From: Promethearchaeota archaeon | Lineage (GTDB): Archaea; Asgardarchaeota; Lokiarchaeia; Sigyniarchaeales; SOKP01 | Assembly: GCA_030603385.1 (NCBI GenBank) | Contig: JAUVXW010000001.1 | Span: 64,001-128,000, forward strand | DNA: 64,000 nt | Direction: 5' to 3' | Shown here: piece by piece, positions 28,530 through 37,552 of the stretch | Layout: every line of letters starts with the position of its first letter | How positions within the stretch are numbered: the first letter of the stretch is position 1 | Notes under the pieces: generated by a model | The model's database searches: none | Seen by the model: the letters and a program-made list of their open reading frames with translations, nothing else | What the model was told of the DNA's origin: nothing | Program-made: the position numbers and the translations under genes

Positions 28530-29243
28530 TTGGTCTATATAATTCAAGGAATTCTTGGTATCTATTTTGGAATATTAGCTTTTCAAATTATAAGAAAAAA
28601 AAGACAACGGCTAAATCTTATTTTTAGCGGATTTTTTATATCTCAGATTATAGGTTTTATCTTTAATATGATTTACGTTGTTATCCCTGATGTAGAAGTT
28701 GTGAAAATTTTTCATTTTTTAGCTAATTTCTTTGTCTATTTTGCATTAGTATTTATTTTAATCGTAAATATGATAATATTAGAATCAACCATAATATATT
28801 CTGTAAAAAGGCAAAATAGGTATATCCTTTTATTTGGTATTTTACTCTTCGTAATACAACTTATATTGGTTCTACTTCCTTTTGATTTGGTTTCATTTGA
28901 TGACACCCTTCCAATATGGGAGCGATATCCAAAGTGGCATCCAATCTTTTTTGGTTATATGTTTTCTATTATAACAATCTTTGCGATTTTACCGATATTT
29001 TCGACATCTTTTAAAATATATTTTAGGTTTGAAACGAAAGAGCTGAAAAAAAGATGGCGCTTTTATTTAATTGGGTCTTTAGGATTAGTTATTTTTAATT
29101 TATATCCAATATTTTTATCAAATTTATTGAATTTTTTACTTGGGGAACAGAATACGACTTTTAGGTTAATTATCAGCATTCTAGGACTTTCGGTAATAAT
29201 TTGGGTTACTTTCATGTATTATGGTTTCCAATTAAAACAATAG
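28530..29243 (+). CDS. Multi-pass (about 7 TM) membrane protein, sensor-domain-like
   Basis: Seven hydrophobic segments, no soluble output domain. Confidence 0.7.
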   Translation: MVYIIQGILGIYFGILAFQIIRKKRQRLNLIFSGFFISQIIGFIFNMIYVVIPDVEVVKIFHFLANFFVYFALVFILIVNMIILESTIIYSVKRQNRYILLFGILLFVIQLILVLLPFDLVSFDDTLPIWERYPKWHPIFFGYMFSIITIFAILPIFSTSFKIYFRFETKELKKRWRFYLIGSLGLVIFNLYPIFLSNLLNFLLGEQNTTFRLIISILGLSVIIWVTFMYYGFQLKQ

Positions 29244-29434
29244 ATTCTTCTCTAAAACACTTTTTTCATTAGAATAAGCGAAATTTCTATGATATCTTCT
29301 TTTAAAAGTGTTCATTTTTTTTATATTTTTTTTTATATTTTCCCTTTTTTCACGTGAAAAAGAGAAAATTTTATAAATGGTTTCGAAAACTATTACTTAG
29401 CCTTTTTTATATTGATCAAGGTAAGGAGATTAGG

Positions 29435-30538
29435 TTGGCAGTCATAAGTAAAAAAGATTTATTTCTCCAAGAAGAAAATATATATTTTCAAGAATTCGTT
29501 GATAAAAATGGCAACGAATATGGTTTAAGATTCGGAGAACCTAAAGACGCCATATCTATTTCTAAGATTTTTAAAGAAATTTACGATTATCAGTATGTAG
29601 ACCCCTTGGTATATGATATTAATTATTTAAAGAAAGAATTATCAAAGAAAAACAATCTCTGGTTTGTGGGTGAATTAATAGAAAACAAAGAATTTGCTGG
29701 TACTGGAGAATTGAAAATCAATAGATATATTGCCTCTGCTAGCAAGGGTATGACAAGAAAAAAATTTCAGGGTCAGGGAATAACAACTAAAATCGGTGCT
29801 GCGGGTATTATAACTGTAACTAAAATGCCTCAATTTAAAAATGTTTTAAGACTAGATTGTGATTGTAGAGCTCCTCAAGTTAGATCCCAAAAACTTCTTA
29901 ATAACTCTGGAGCGATTGTATATGGTTTAATTCCTGCATTTAATAATTTTGGGGATAAACGACGCTATAAAATTGAGAATAATACACCTTTTCCTCCGAA
30001 AAGAGAAGAAGCGGCATTTCTTTATTCCATTCCTTTTAAAGGTTTATGGAGAAAAAGAGAGAAAAAAATCTATTTATTAGATAATGAAGATTTCGTTTTT
30101 TTCCACGATTTTATAAAAAGCCAAACAAAAAAAATGAATAATGACATAGTAATTTTAGAGAACGGCAAAAAAAACAAAGGCTTTGAAATATATGGTGTTT
30201 CTAAAGATTATTTTAACGGACATGTACAATTGTATGGTTCGATTAAAGAAAAGTCATTAAATCATCTTATAAAAACGTATACTAAATGGAGAATTATCTT
30301 ATGGCGAATTCCAACAACTCAAAATGGAATTCATTCAATGGCCCTCGCCCTTGAAAAAGGATTTAATATAGTTGGATATGATGTAGGCTTCAATAGTATG
30401 AAATCGAAATTATTTGATTCAGTAATATTAGCTTACTATCCGAAAGGGGGTTCTAATGCTTTTGAAGTAAACTATCTTGAGGAAAATAAACCACTTTTTA
30501 ATAAGATTAGAGAAATATTTTACTCTCGTGTTAACTAA
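29435..30538 (+). CDS. GNAT-like acetyltransferase domain protein
   Basis: LRFGEPKDA, RKKFQGQGI (acetyl-CoA binding), SQKL; TTG start after AAGGAG (ORF track begins 29354). Confidence 0.65.
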   Translation: MAVISKKDLFLQEENIYFQEFVDKNGNEYGLRFGEPKDAISISKIFKEIYDYQYVDPLVYDINYLKKELSKKNNLWFVGELIENKEFAGTGELKINRYIASASKGMTRKKFQGQGITTKIGAAGIITVTKMPQFKNVLRLDCDCRAPQVRSQKLLNNSGAIVYGLIPAFNNFGDKRRYKIENNTPFPPKREEAAFLYSIPFKGLWRKREKKIYLLDNEDFVFFHDFIKSQTKKMNNDIVILENGKKNKGFEIYGVSKDYFNGHVQLYGSIKEKSLNHLIKTYTKWRIILWRIPTTQNGIHSMALALEKGFNIVGYDVGFNSMKSKLFDSVILAYYPKGGSNAFEVNYLEENKPLFNKIREIFYSRVN

Positions 30539-30575
30539 TTATTCTTCTATTTACTTCAAACTTTATACGTTCTAG

Positions 30576-31031
30576 CTATAATAACAGAGATACAACTTTT
30601 TCTTCTAAAGTTTGAGTACCAGTTCCAAAAAGTTTGTCAATAGTCTTTTTAAATGGTTCAAATTTAGCAACTTCAGTCACTTTACACCCATTAAATTCTG
30701 AAATGAATTTTTTAAGCAATCTATCCAAAAGTGGCTTTATAGTTCTATCTAAATATTTTTCAAGTCGATCATCTTTATCTATTACCAAAAAAGAGAGAAT
30801 ATCTTGCTCTTTCCCATAAAAATCTTGCATTATTCCTTTCTTAAAAACTATGGTATATTTGCTACTTTCAAAATACTCTATTGGTGCCATTAAGCATTCG
30901 GCAAATGTTAAAAGTCCACTCATTAAACCGCTTGAACATATTAAATCTGCTTTTTCCTTACGCGCTCTATGATAACTAGCAAATATAACAGGAATTCCAT
31001 TGAAGATGATACCAGCTTCTCGAATTAACAT
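30576..31031 (-). CDS. Longin-like domain protein (eukaryotic signature protein type)
   Basis: IREAGIIFNGIPV beta-hairpin, SGLMSGLLTFA helix, three strands, then LLKKFISEF...FEPFKKTID, matching the longin topology seen in Asgard proteins. Confidence 0.65.
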   Translation of the reverse strand: MLIREAGIIFNGIPVIFASYHRARKEKADLICSSGLMSGLLTFAECLMAPIEYFESSKYTIVFKKGIMQDFYGKEQDILSFLVIDKDDRLEKYLDRTIKPLLDRLLKKFISEFNGCKVTEVAKFEPFKKTIDKLFGTGTQTLEEKVVSLLL

Positions 31032-31348
31032 ATTAATTCTAATAAGGGTTTAAATCAAATCGCGTTAAAAATATATTCTTTATGGGTGTTCCTCATATAC
31101 AACGAAATTCACGCTTTTAAATATTAGCCTATTAATAATATTTCGTAACGATAGAACAACACTTTTCTAAATATAATTCATCAATATTTAATGTCGATTT
31201 TTTGTCGTTATCACACAGAACTTATATTCCTCTAATCCATGATTAATATCTCTATTATTAATTAAAATAAGCTCTCAGAGATAGAAATTGCACAAATACG
31301 TTGAGTTATAATGATTTTAAAAAAGTAAAAATAAAAAAAGTTAAAAGT

Positions 31349-32785
31349 TTATTTCTTCTTACGTCTTGGTTCAATTTTTTTAATAATTATGCTCTCGGCG
31401 TGGATCTTACAGTTTTTAAGAATTACTCTGAATCCCCCAGCACCACCTACTCCTGGAATTGTCATACCAACAGTCCCCATTGGAAGCATAGCACCTTCTT
31501 CTTCCCATTCTTCTTCCTCTTCCATTTCACTTGCGACTGCTTTGTATTCTTCTGTTTCTATAATCGGATGCTGAACTTTTTCTAACCATGCGGGTAATTC
31601 ACTTAAATCAGAAACTTCTTCTTCGGTTGCAATTTTATCCCTTAAATCTTCTGGAAGAAAATCATATACGCGATCTTTAACTGTTTTTCCCATCCATACG
31701 ATTGTATGAATTCCACTCTCCAATCCTGAATTTATTCCATCGAATTTTTGGTATTTGGGCGATATAATGTATTGTATGCTTATACCATTAAAACCCGGCA
31801 TTTGTTTTCCTCCACCCGTCTGATTGGCCATTGCACTAAAAGGTAGCCCATTAATAGCAACTCCATCGTGATTTCGATCAATAATTCCATGACCTGCACC
31901 GGTCTCAGGTAAAAAAAAATCAATTGCTTCAAAACAGCCGCAGCTAGTATGAGGGAACTCCATTCCGCTATAAAGATAAATTCTTTCGATTTCTCCAAGT
32001 GAACGCTTTTTTATCATTTCGTTGACTCCTACAAACTCGCCTGCTAATTCGTTTAAACATTCACCCATGGGAACTTCGAATAAAGGTCCCTTTGGATCAA
32101 CTCTAGCTGCTGCTCTTGCATCAAACCAAGAAATTGAACCACATAAACTCATACGGTTGGGAGTAATACAACATGCATGTGTTGGTGCGAAAGATTGACA
32201 TAAAACACAGCCATAAAACATATCTACATCTTCGTCGTTTATACTTCGGGCTCTTTCGTCTCTTTTTTCGTATATTTTTAAAGCAAAATCGTATGGGTCT
32301 TCTATTTCTTTTGGATCTGTGATCAAAGTTACTTGTGCTTTTTTAATTATTGGCAATTCAGCTTTGTAAAGACGAATTAGAACAGTACCTAACATAGTTA
32401 AATCGTTAAAACCTTTTTCAACTAGTTTCTTAGAGAGCCTCATCCAGTTGGTATAGCGTTGGTTTAAATGCATTATTCCATTTACAAAATTACAAAACTC
32501 ATGGATTCTTCTCTCGAACACGGCTTCTAGGTCTTCTTCCAATTCAGGGCCAGAAACTTCTACTAGAATCCCGATTGGGTAACGTTCACCTTCTTTCATG
32601 TCTTTAAGGTTGGGACCTATAATTGTAATTTTGCCATCTTCAATCTCCTTCTCTGGTTTAACCCTTACGAGCTCAAAATGTTTCTCGATTTTAGGTCCAC
32701 CGAGTTCAACATACATTTGATTTCCTCTTATACGCTCCCCCTCATAAACTGGTCCAACATCAAAAGGAAGGTCTGCAAAACTCAT
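31349..32785 (-). CDS. cdhC: Acetyl-CoA decarbonylase/synthase beta subunit (acetyl-CoA synthase)
   Basis: DVGPVYEGERIR, FYGCVLCQSFAPTH, SLCG, HTSCGCFEAI; start MSFADLPF after GAGGAG. Confidence 0.95.
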   Translation of the reverse strand: MSFADLPFDVGPVYEGERIRGNQMYVELGGPKIEKHFELVRVKPEKEIEDGKITIIGPNLKDMKEGERYPIGILVEVSGPELEEDLEAVFERRIHEFCNFVNGIMHLNQRYTNWMRLSKKLVEKGFNDLTMLGTVLIRLYKAELPIIKKAQVTLITDPKEIEDPYDFALKIYEKRDERARSINDEDVDMFYGCVLCQSFAPTHACCITPNRMSLCGSISWFDARAAARVDPKGPLFEVPMGECLNELAGEFVGVNEMIKKRSLGEIERIYLYSGMEFPHTSCGCFEAIDFFLPETGAGHGIIDRNHDGVAINGLPFSAMANQTGGGKQMPGFNGISIQYIISPKYQKFDGINSGLESGIHTIVWMGKTVKDRVYDFLPEDLRDKIATEEEVSDLSELPAWLEKVQHPIIETEEYKAVASEMEEEEEWEEEGAMLPMGTVGMTIPGVGGAGGFRVILKNCKIHAESIIIKKIEPRRKKK

Positions 32786-32837
32786 TTCATAAATCTCCTC
32801 ATTTGTTTTTGTTTTTGTTATTTTTATATTTTTTATT

Positions 32838-33377
32838 TTATAGCTTTTCAATTAAACTATTCAAAAATTCTTTCCAATCATCATCGCTTAGATTTGGTAA
32901 GCTAAATCTAGCGTTTGGGTGTGCAAATTTATCTAATTCAATTGTTTTTACCCAGTTCGTAAAGTTTTTGATCCGAGATAATGCTTGAGAGACATAAAAT
33001 ACTATATGACCACCGAATATTGCCATTGAATATTGTCCCTCTCCATCCAGTCCAGTCCAATCTTTATCACTTAAGCGGTTTGTGATATTAATTAGTGACA
33101 TATCATACAATTTTCCATCACTAATTTTATCCTTCACATATTTATATGCATGACCAGTACTGACTACATGGCATTCAATTTTATTAGCGATTTCAATTAA
33201 ATAATCAGCGAGTTTTTTGCCATCAAGCTCCCAATTTAAAGATTCTGCACCAATGATAAAAATTTTTTTCATTGGAATTTTCAGTAAATTCGTCATTACA
33301 ACAGGATCTGAAACAGTAACGCCCATTTCAGGGCCTGGGATGTTTGCTTTTTGATACGGACGTGCCATTTTACTCAA
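32838..33377 (-). CDS. cdhB: Acetyl-CoA decarbonylase/synthase epsilon subunit
   Basis: PYQKANIPGP, WTGLDGEGQY, HPNARFSLPNL; upstream of cdhC. Confidence 0.92.
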   Translation of the reverse strand: MSKMARPYQKANIPGPEMGVTVSDPVVMTNLLKIPMKKIFIIGAESLNWELDGKKLADYLIEIANKIECHVVSTGHAYKYVKDKISDGKLYDMSLINITNRLSDKDWTGLDGEGQYSMAIFGGHIVFYVSQALSRIKNFTNWVKTIELDKFAHPNARFSLPNLSDDDWKEFLNSLIEKL

Positions 33378-33535
33378 TTTCCTCTATTTTTATTTTTAGC
33401 TATAAGTTGTAAAATAATTGTATTTGAATTATTATACTTAGAATTATTAAAGACAACTTAAAAAAATTGTTTTTATTAAGTTTAACTAAAAATAGATAAT
33501 AGGTATAAAGTTAAAAAAAAAAAAATCATTAAAAA

Positions 33536-34963
33536 TTAATCAAAGTTAGGTCTTTTATCTTGCCAAGGAGCTAGTTCTTCAAATGCTTTTGAAACTTGTA
33601 AAATTAACAATTCCTGAAATCTTTTACCAACGATTTGCAATCCTATCGGTAGGTTGGCATTTGTCCATCCACAGGGAATAGTAGCAGCAGGATGTCCTGT
33701 AAAGTTAAATGGAAATGTAAATGCTTGCCACGCTGTGGGAGATACATTAATTCCATTTATTTGTGAAGGATAAGCATCTCCTGATTCAAAAGCTGGAACT
33801 GCTGTTGATGGAGTAAGAAGTATATCATAGTTTTTAAAAGTTTCGAATATCACTTGATAAAACTGACTACGAGTTCTCATAGCGTCTGGTAAACTAGAAG
33901 CAGGAAATCGTAATCCCGCTTTGACCCATGTTACTAAATTTGGATCTAGTTTATCTTTCCATTCTTCCAAATAAGGTTTTAATTCATGTCCAAACATTAT
34001 TAACCACATTGTACTAAAAGCCATTGAAGGATCCAACTCTTTAAATTTTGCTTCTTCTACTTCCCATCCAAATGATTCAAATTTATGGACTGAATTAATT
34101 ACTGCTTTTTCAACCTCTTTATCAACAATCTTTGCAAAGCCTAAATTTAAACTATAACCAATCTTTAATTTATCTGGTTTTTCATTTATATGGTCAGTGT
34201 ATTTTATATGATCTTCCGGTAATGAATGTCTATCCCCCTCAAATGGCCCCTTCATAGCATCTAGCATTAGTGCTGCATCGGAAACATATCTTACAATAGG
34301 GCCAACAACAGATAAGGTTTGACCACTATGGAAAGTTATTGGATAAATTGGAACCCTTCCAAAGCTGGGTTTAAGACCATAAACTCCGCAAAAACATGCA
34401 GGATGTCGAATAGAACCTCCTCCATCTGAGCCTTGAGCTAAAGGCCCCATTCCACAAACAACTGAAGCCGCAGCACCTCCACTAGATCCTCCAGACGTTT
34501 TCTCAAGATCCCATGGATTTGGTGTAACTCCAAAAATGAGATTATCAGTAACTCCTTTAAAACCGAATTCAGGCGTATTTGTTTTCCCTAAAATTACACA
34601 ACCCGCATCTTTTAAACGTGTTACAGCAATCGCATCTTCTTCAGGAATGTGATGTTCATAAATTTTTGAACCATAAGTGGTCCTCACCCCTTTGACTGAC
34701 AATAAATCTTTAATAGAAGTTGGGATCCCATTTAGAAGAGGTATTTTTTCCTTTCTCTTTACTCTTTCATCTGCTTTTTTTGCCATTTCCCGTGCTAAAT
34801 CGAAAGTTGGGGTACAATATGCGTTAATTATTGGATTAATCTTTTCAATCCTTTCAATAATTATTTCAGTTATTTCCTGCGAGGTTAATTCTTGATTATC
34901 TATTTTTTCTTTCATTTCCCAAGCGGGCATAAAGCATATGTCGTCTTTATTCATTTTTTTCAC
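33536..34963 (-). CDS. Amidase signature family protein
   Basis: SIKD, GKTNTPEFG, GGSSGGAAA, GSDGGGSIR. Confidence 0.93.
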   Translation of the reverse strand: MKKMNKDDICFMPAWEMKEKIDNQELTSQEITEIIIERIEKINPIINAYCTPTFDLAREMAKKADERVKRKEKIPLLNGIPTSIKDLLSVKGVRTTYGSKIYEHHIPEEDAIAVTRLKDAGCVILGKTNTPEFGFKGVTDNLIFGVTPNPWDLEKTSGGSSGGAAASVVCGMGPLAQGSDGGGSIRHPACFCGVYGLKPSFGRVPIYPITFHSGQTLSVVGPIVRYVSDAALMLDAMKGPFEGDRHSLPEDHIKYTDHINEKPDKLKIGYSLNLGFAKIVDKEVEKAVINSVHKFESFGWEVEEAKFKELDPSMAFSTMWLIMFGHELKPYLEEWKDKLDPNLVTWVKAGLRFPASSLPDAMRTRSQFYQVIFETFKNYDILLTPSTAVPAFESGDAYPSQINGINVSPTAWQAFTFPFNFTGHPAATIPCGWTNANLPIGLQIVGKRFQELLILQVSKAFEELAPWQDKRPNFD

Positions 34964-34999
34964 TTTTATGTTTTTAGTATAAATTGAACTATATTAAAA

Positions 35000-36469
35000 T
35001 TAAATTAATTTTGGTTTTTTATCTTGCCATGGAGCAATCTCTTCAAATGCCTGTGAAACTTGTAGAACAGTAACCTCATCGAATCTCTTTCCAATAATTT
35101 GCATCCCAATAGGTAATCCATCACTAGACCAACCACAGGGAATTGAAGCTGCGGGGTGACCAGTCATATTGAAGGGATGAGTATAGGGTGACCAAGCTCC
35201 CGCGGAAACCTTTTTGCCATCAATTTTACTAGGAGAGGATACACCTAATTCAAAAGCAGGGCATGCCATTGTTGGGGTAATTAAAATGTCATAATCTTTA
35301 AAATGTTTACACACATTATCATAAATAACTTCTCTTTGTATTTCAGCGGTATAGATATTTTCTGGGGTAAGTTGAAACCCAAATTGAGCCAGTTGAACTA
35401 ATCCTTGGTCTAAAATATCCCCATATTGCTCAACTATCGGTTTTAGAAAATATCCAATTCCATATGCCCAAATAATATTCCAAGTCAAACCATAATTTTC
35501 CACACTCACTTTACCTCTGAGTGTTTTTCCGGGTGATAATAAATTAATATTGCTTTTTTCAACTGACCAATTTAATTCTTCAAATTTTTTAACAGCATTT
35601 AGTACTGATTTCTCGACTTCAGAATGAATAATTTCTAGATTTCCTAAATCTATTGCATATCCTATCTTCAGTTTTTTAGGAGTTTCTTCTAATGCATCAT
35701 AGAAGCTATAGTTTGGTTTTGGTAAGGAATATCTGTCTATATCATCAGCTCCAACTAAAGCATCTAACATTAATGCAGCATCTTTTACATATCTAACTAG
35801 TGGTCCCTTTTGAACGTATGTACCCATAATACCCTCTAATTTCACAGATGTTTGTGGAATCCGTCCGAATGTTGGTTTAATACCATATAATCCACAAAAA
35901 CTACTTGGAATACGGATAGAGCCTCCCCCATCTGAACCTTGAGTTAAAGGACTTAATCCAGAAGCAGTTGCTGCTGCTCCTCCGCCAGTAGACCCTCCAG
36001 CAGTCCTTTCTAAATGCCATGGATTTTTGGTTTCACCAAAAATTAAATTATCCGTGTTTCCTTTATACCCAAAGGCAGGCATGTTTGTTTTACCTAATAT
36101 AACTACACCGGCTTCTTTTAATCTTTTGACCGCTATATCATCGTTCGGTGAAATATAATTTTCAAACGCTTTACAGCCACACGTGGTTCTAATTCCTTTA
36201 ACATCAACATTATCTTTGATAGATGTTGGTATACCATGTAATAGTCCTAATTTTTCACCCTTTTTAACAGCAGCATCAGCTTTTTTTGCCAAACCTCTAG
36301 CTAATTCAAAAGTAGGTGTACAATATGCATTAATTATTGGATTTATTTTTTCTATTCTTTCAATTATTATTTCAGTTATTTCTTCTGATGTTAATTCTTG
36401 AGTGACAATTTTTTGTTTCATTTCCCATGCGGGCATGAAATAAATTTCTTCTTTATTCATTTTTATCAA
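35000..36469 (-). CDS. Amidase signature family protein (tandem paralog)
   Basis: SIKD, GKTNMP, GGSTGG, GSDGGGSIR; N-terminus nearly identical to the neighbouring amidase. Confidence 0.93.
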   Translation of the reverse strand: MIKMNKEEIYFMPAWEMKQKIVTQELTSEEITEIIIERIEKINPIINAYCTPTFELARGLAKKADAAVKKGEKLGLLHGIPTSIKDNVDVKGIRTTCGCKAFENYISPNDDIAVKRLKEAGVVILGKTNMPAFGYKGNTDNLIFGETKNPWHLERTAGGSTGGGAAATASGLSPLTQGSDGGGSIRIPSSFCGLYGIKPTFGRIPQTSVKLEGIMGTYVQKGPLVRYVKDAALMLDALVGADDIDRYSLPKPNYSFYDALEETPKKLKIGYAIDLGNLEIIHSEVEKSVLNAVKKFEELNWSVEKSNINLLSPGKTLRGKVSVENYGLTWNIIWAYGIGYFLKPIVEQYGDILDQGLVQLAQFGFQLTPENIYTAEIQREVIYDNVCKHFKDYDILITPTMACPAFELGVSSPSKIDGKKVSAGAWSPYTHPFNMTGHPAASIPCGWSSDGLPIGMQIIGKRFDEVTVLQVSQAFEEIAPWQDKKPKLI

Positions 36470-36594
36470 AATCCTTTATAGATTCAATTGTTTTAATTAA
36501 TCTCTCTTTAATTCAGTAAATTTAAAATGATGAAATTATAATACAAATATTACTTTTCATTATTTATATAAATTCATAATGAATCTCGATTAAG

Positions 36595-36900
36595 ATGTGC
36601 GAATTTAAAATTATTAGAAAAAAGGATGGTTCTCAGATATTAGAAGATATTGTTATGTTATCCTATAACGAAAAAAATGAATTAATTTTAAAGGATGTTA
36701 TTGGAATGGGAGAAATACTAGAGTCAGCTCTTATTCTTAATGTAAATACTATGAATCAAAAATGTATAATTCTTGAGAATCCTTTAATTAAAGATTTTAT
36801 AAGTTTGATTAATAACTTAAGTGAAAGTAAATCAAGCAAATCTGAAATTGATGAAATTATCAATAAACTGGAAACTATAAAATCAGAGCTCAAATCGTAG
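36595..36900 (+). CDS. CooT-like nickel-binding protein
   Basis: N-terminal MC motif, ILEDIV, LKDVIG pattern; C-terminal helical extension. Confidence 0.65.
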   Translation: MCEFKIIRKKDGSQILEDIVMLSYNEKNELILKDVIGMGEILESALILNVNTMNQKCIILENPLIKDFISLINNLSESKSSKSEIDEIINKLETIKSELKS

Positions 36901-36915
36901 ATAAATTATTTGGAC

Positions 36916-37197
36916 TTATTTTTTTGGCGGAAAAATTTCAATTTCTATTGAAGAAACATTGTTACTCGTGCCGTCAGTATTTGTAATTGATTCCGTATCA
37001 ATCAAAATTTCACCATATGTGGCTCCTTTAACAAATTTGTTTATTAGGATCTCTGCAACATCCACTGCTCGTGAGATAGATCGCCCTCGAGCGAGTAGTC
37101 TTACGGGTTGTTCATTTAAAACAATCATATCAGCCATAACATAGTTTAATGATTTCTTTCTCCCAATAAAAACTTTTGCATCATCATTTTTAGCCAA
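36916..37197 (-). CDS. albA: DNA/RNA-binding protein Alba
   Basis: VFIGRK..NYV, ARGRSISRAVDVAEI, VSSIEIEI. Confidence 0.95.
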   Translation of the reverse strand: MAKNDDAKVFIGRKKSLNYVMADMIVLNEQPVRLLARGRSISRAVDVAEILINKFVKGATYGEILIDTESITNTDGTSNNVSSIEIEIFPPKK

Positions 37198-37552
37198 TTA
37201 ATACCACCTTTACAATGTTTACGTTAGGAACTACTTTATTATACTTGTGTTACTTAAGTGCTCCTTAATTATGTTTAGCTTTTGGCAAATTATCAATATG
37301 TAGTTATGTTTATTAGCTTTAGTTAGATTTTAAAAATTATCAATTTCTGAATTTTCATAGAATTTTTTTTATACTTCTTTGATATATTGATCTTTATCTT
37401 CATAGTTATACCATATTAAAATCTAAATAATATAATGGTAAAACTCCAATTAATTTTCAATTAATAAAAAATAATAATAGATTGTTTCAATTTTATTGAA
37501 TTATAAAATAATAATAATGATAAAAACCAATAAATTCTCTAACTAGAATTAA

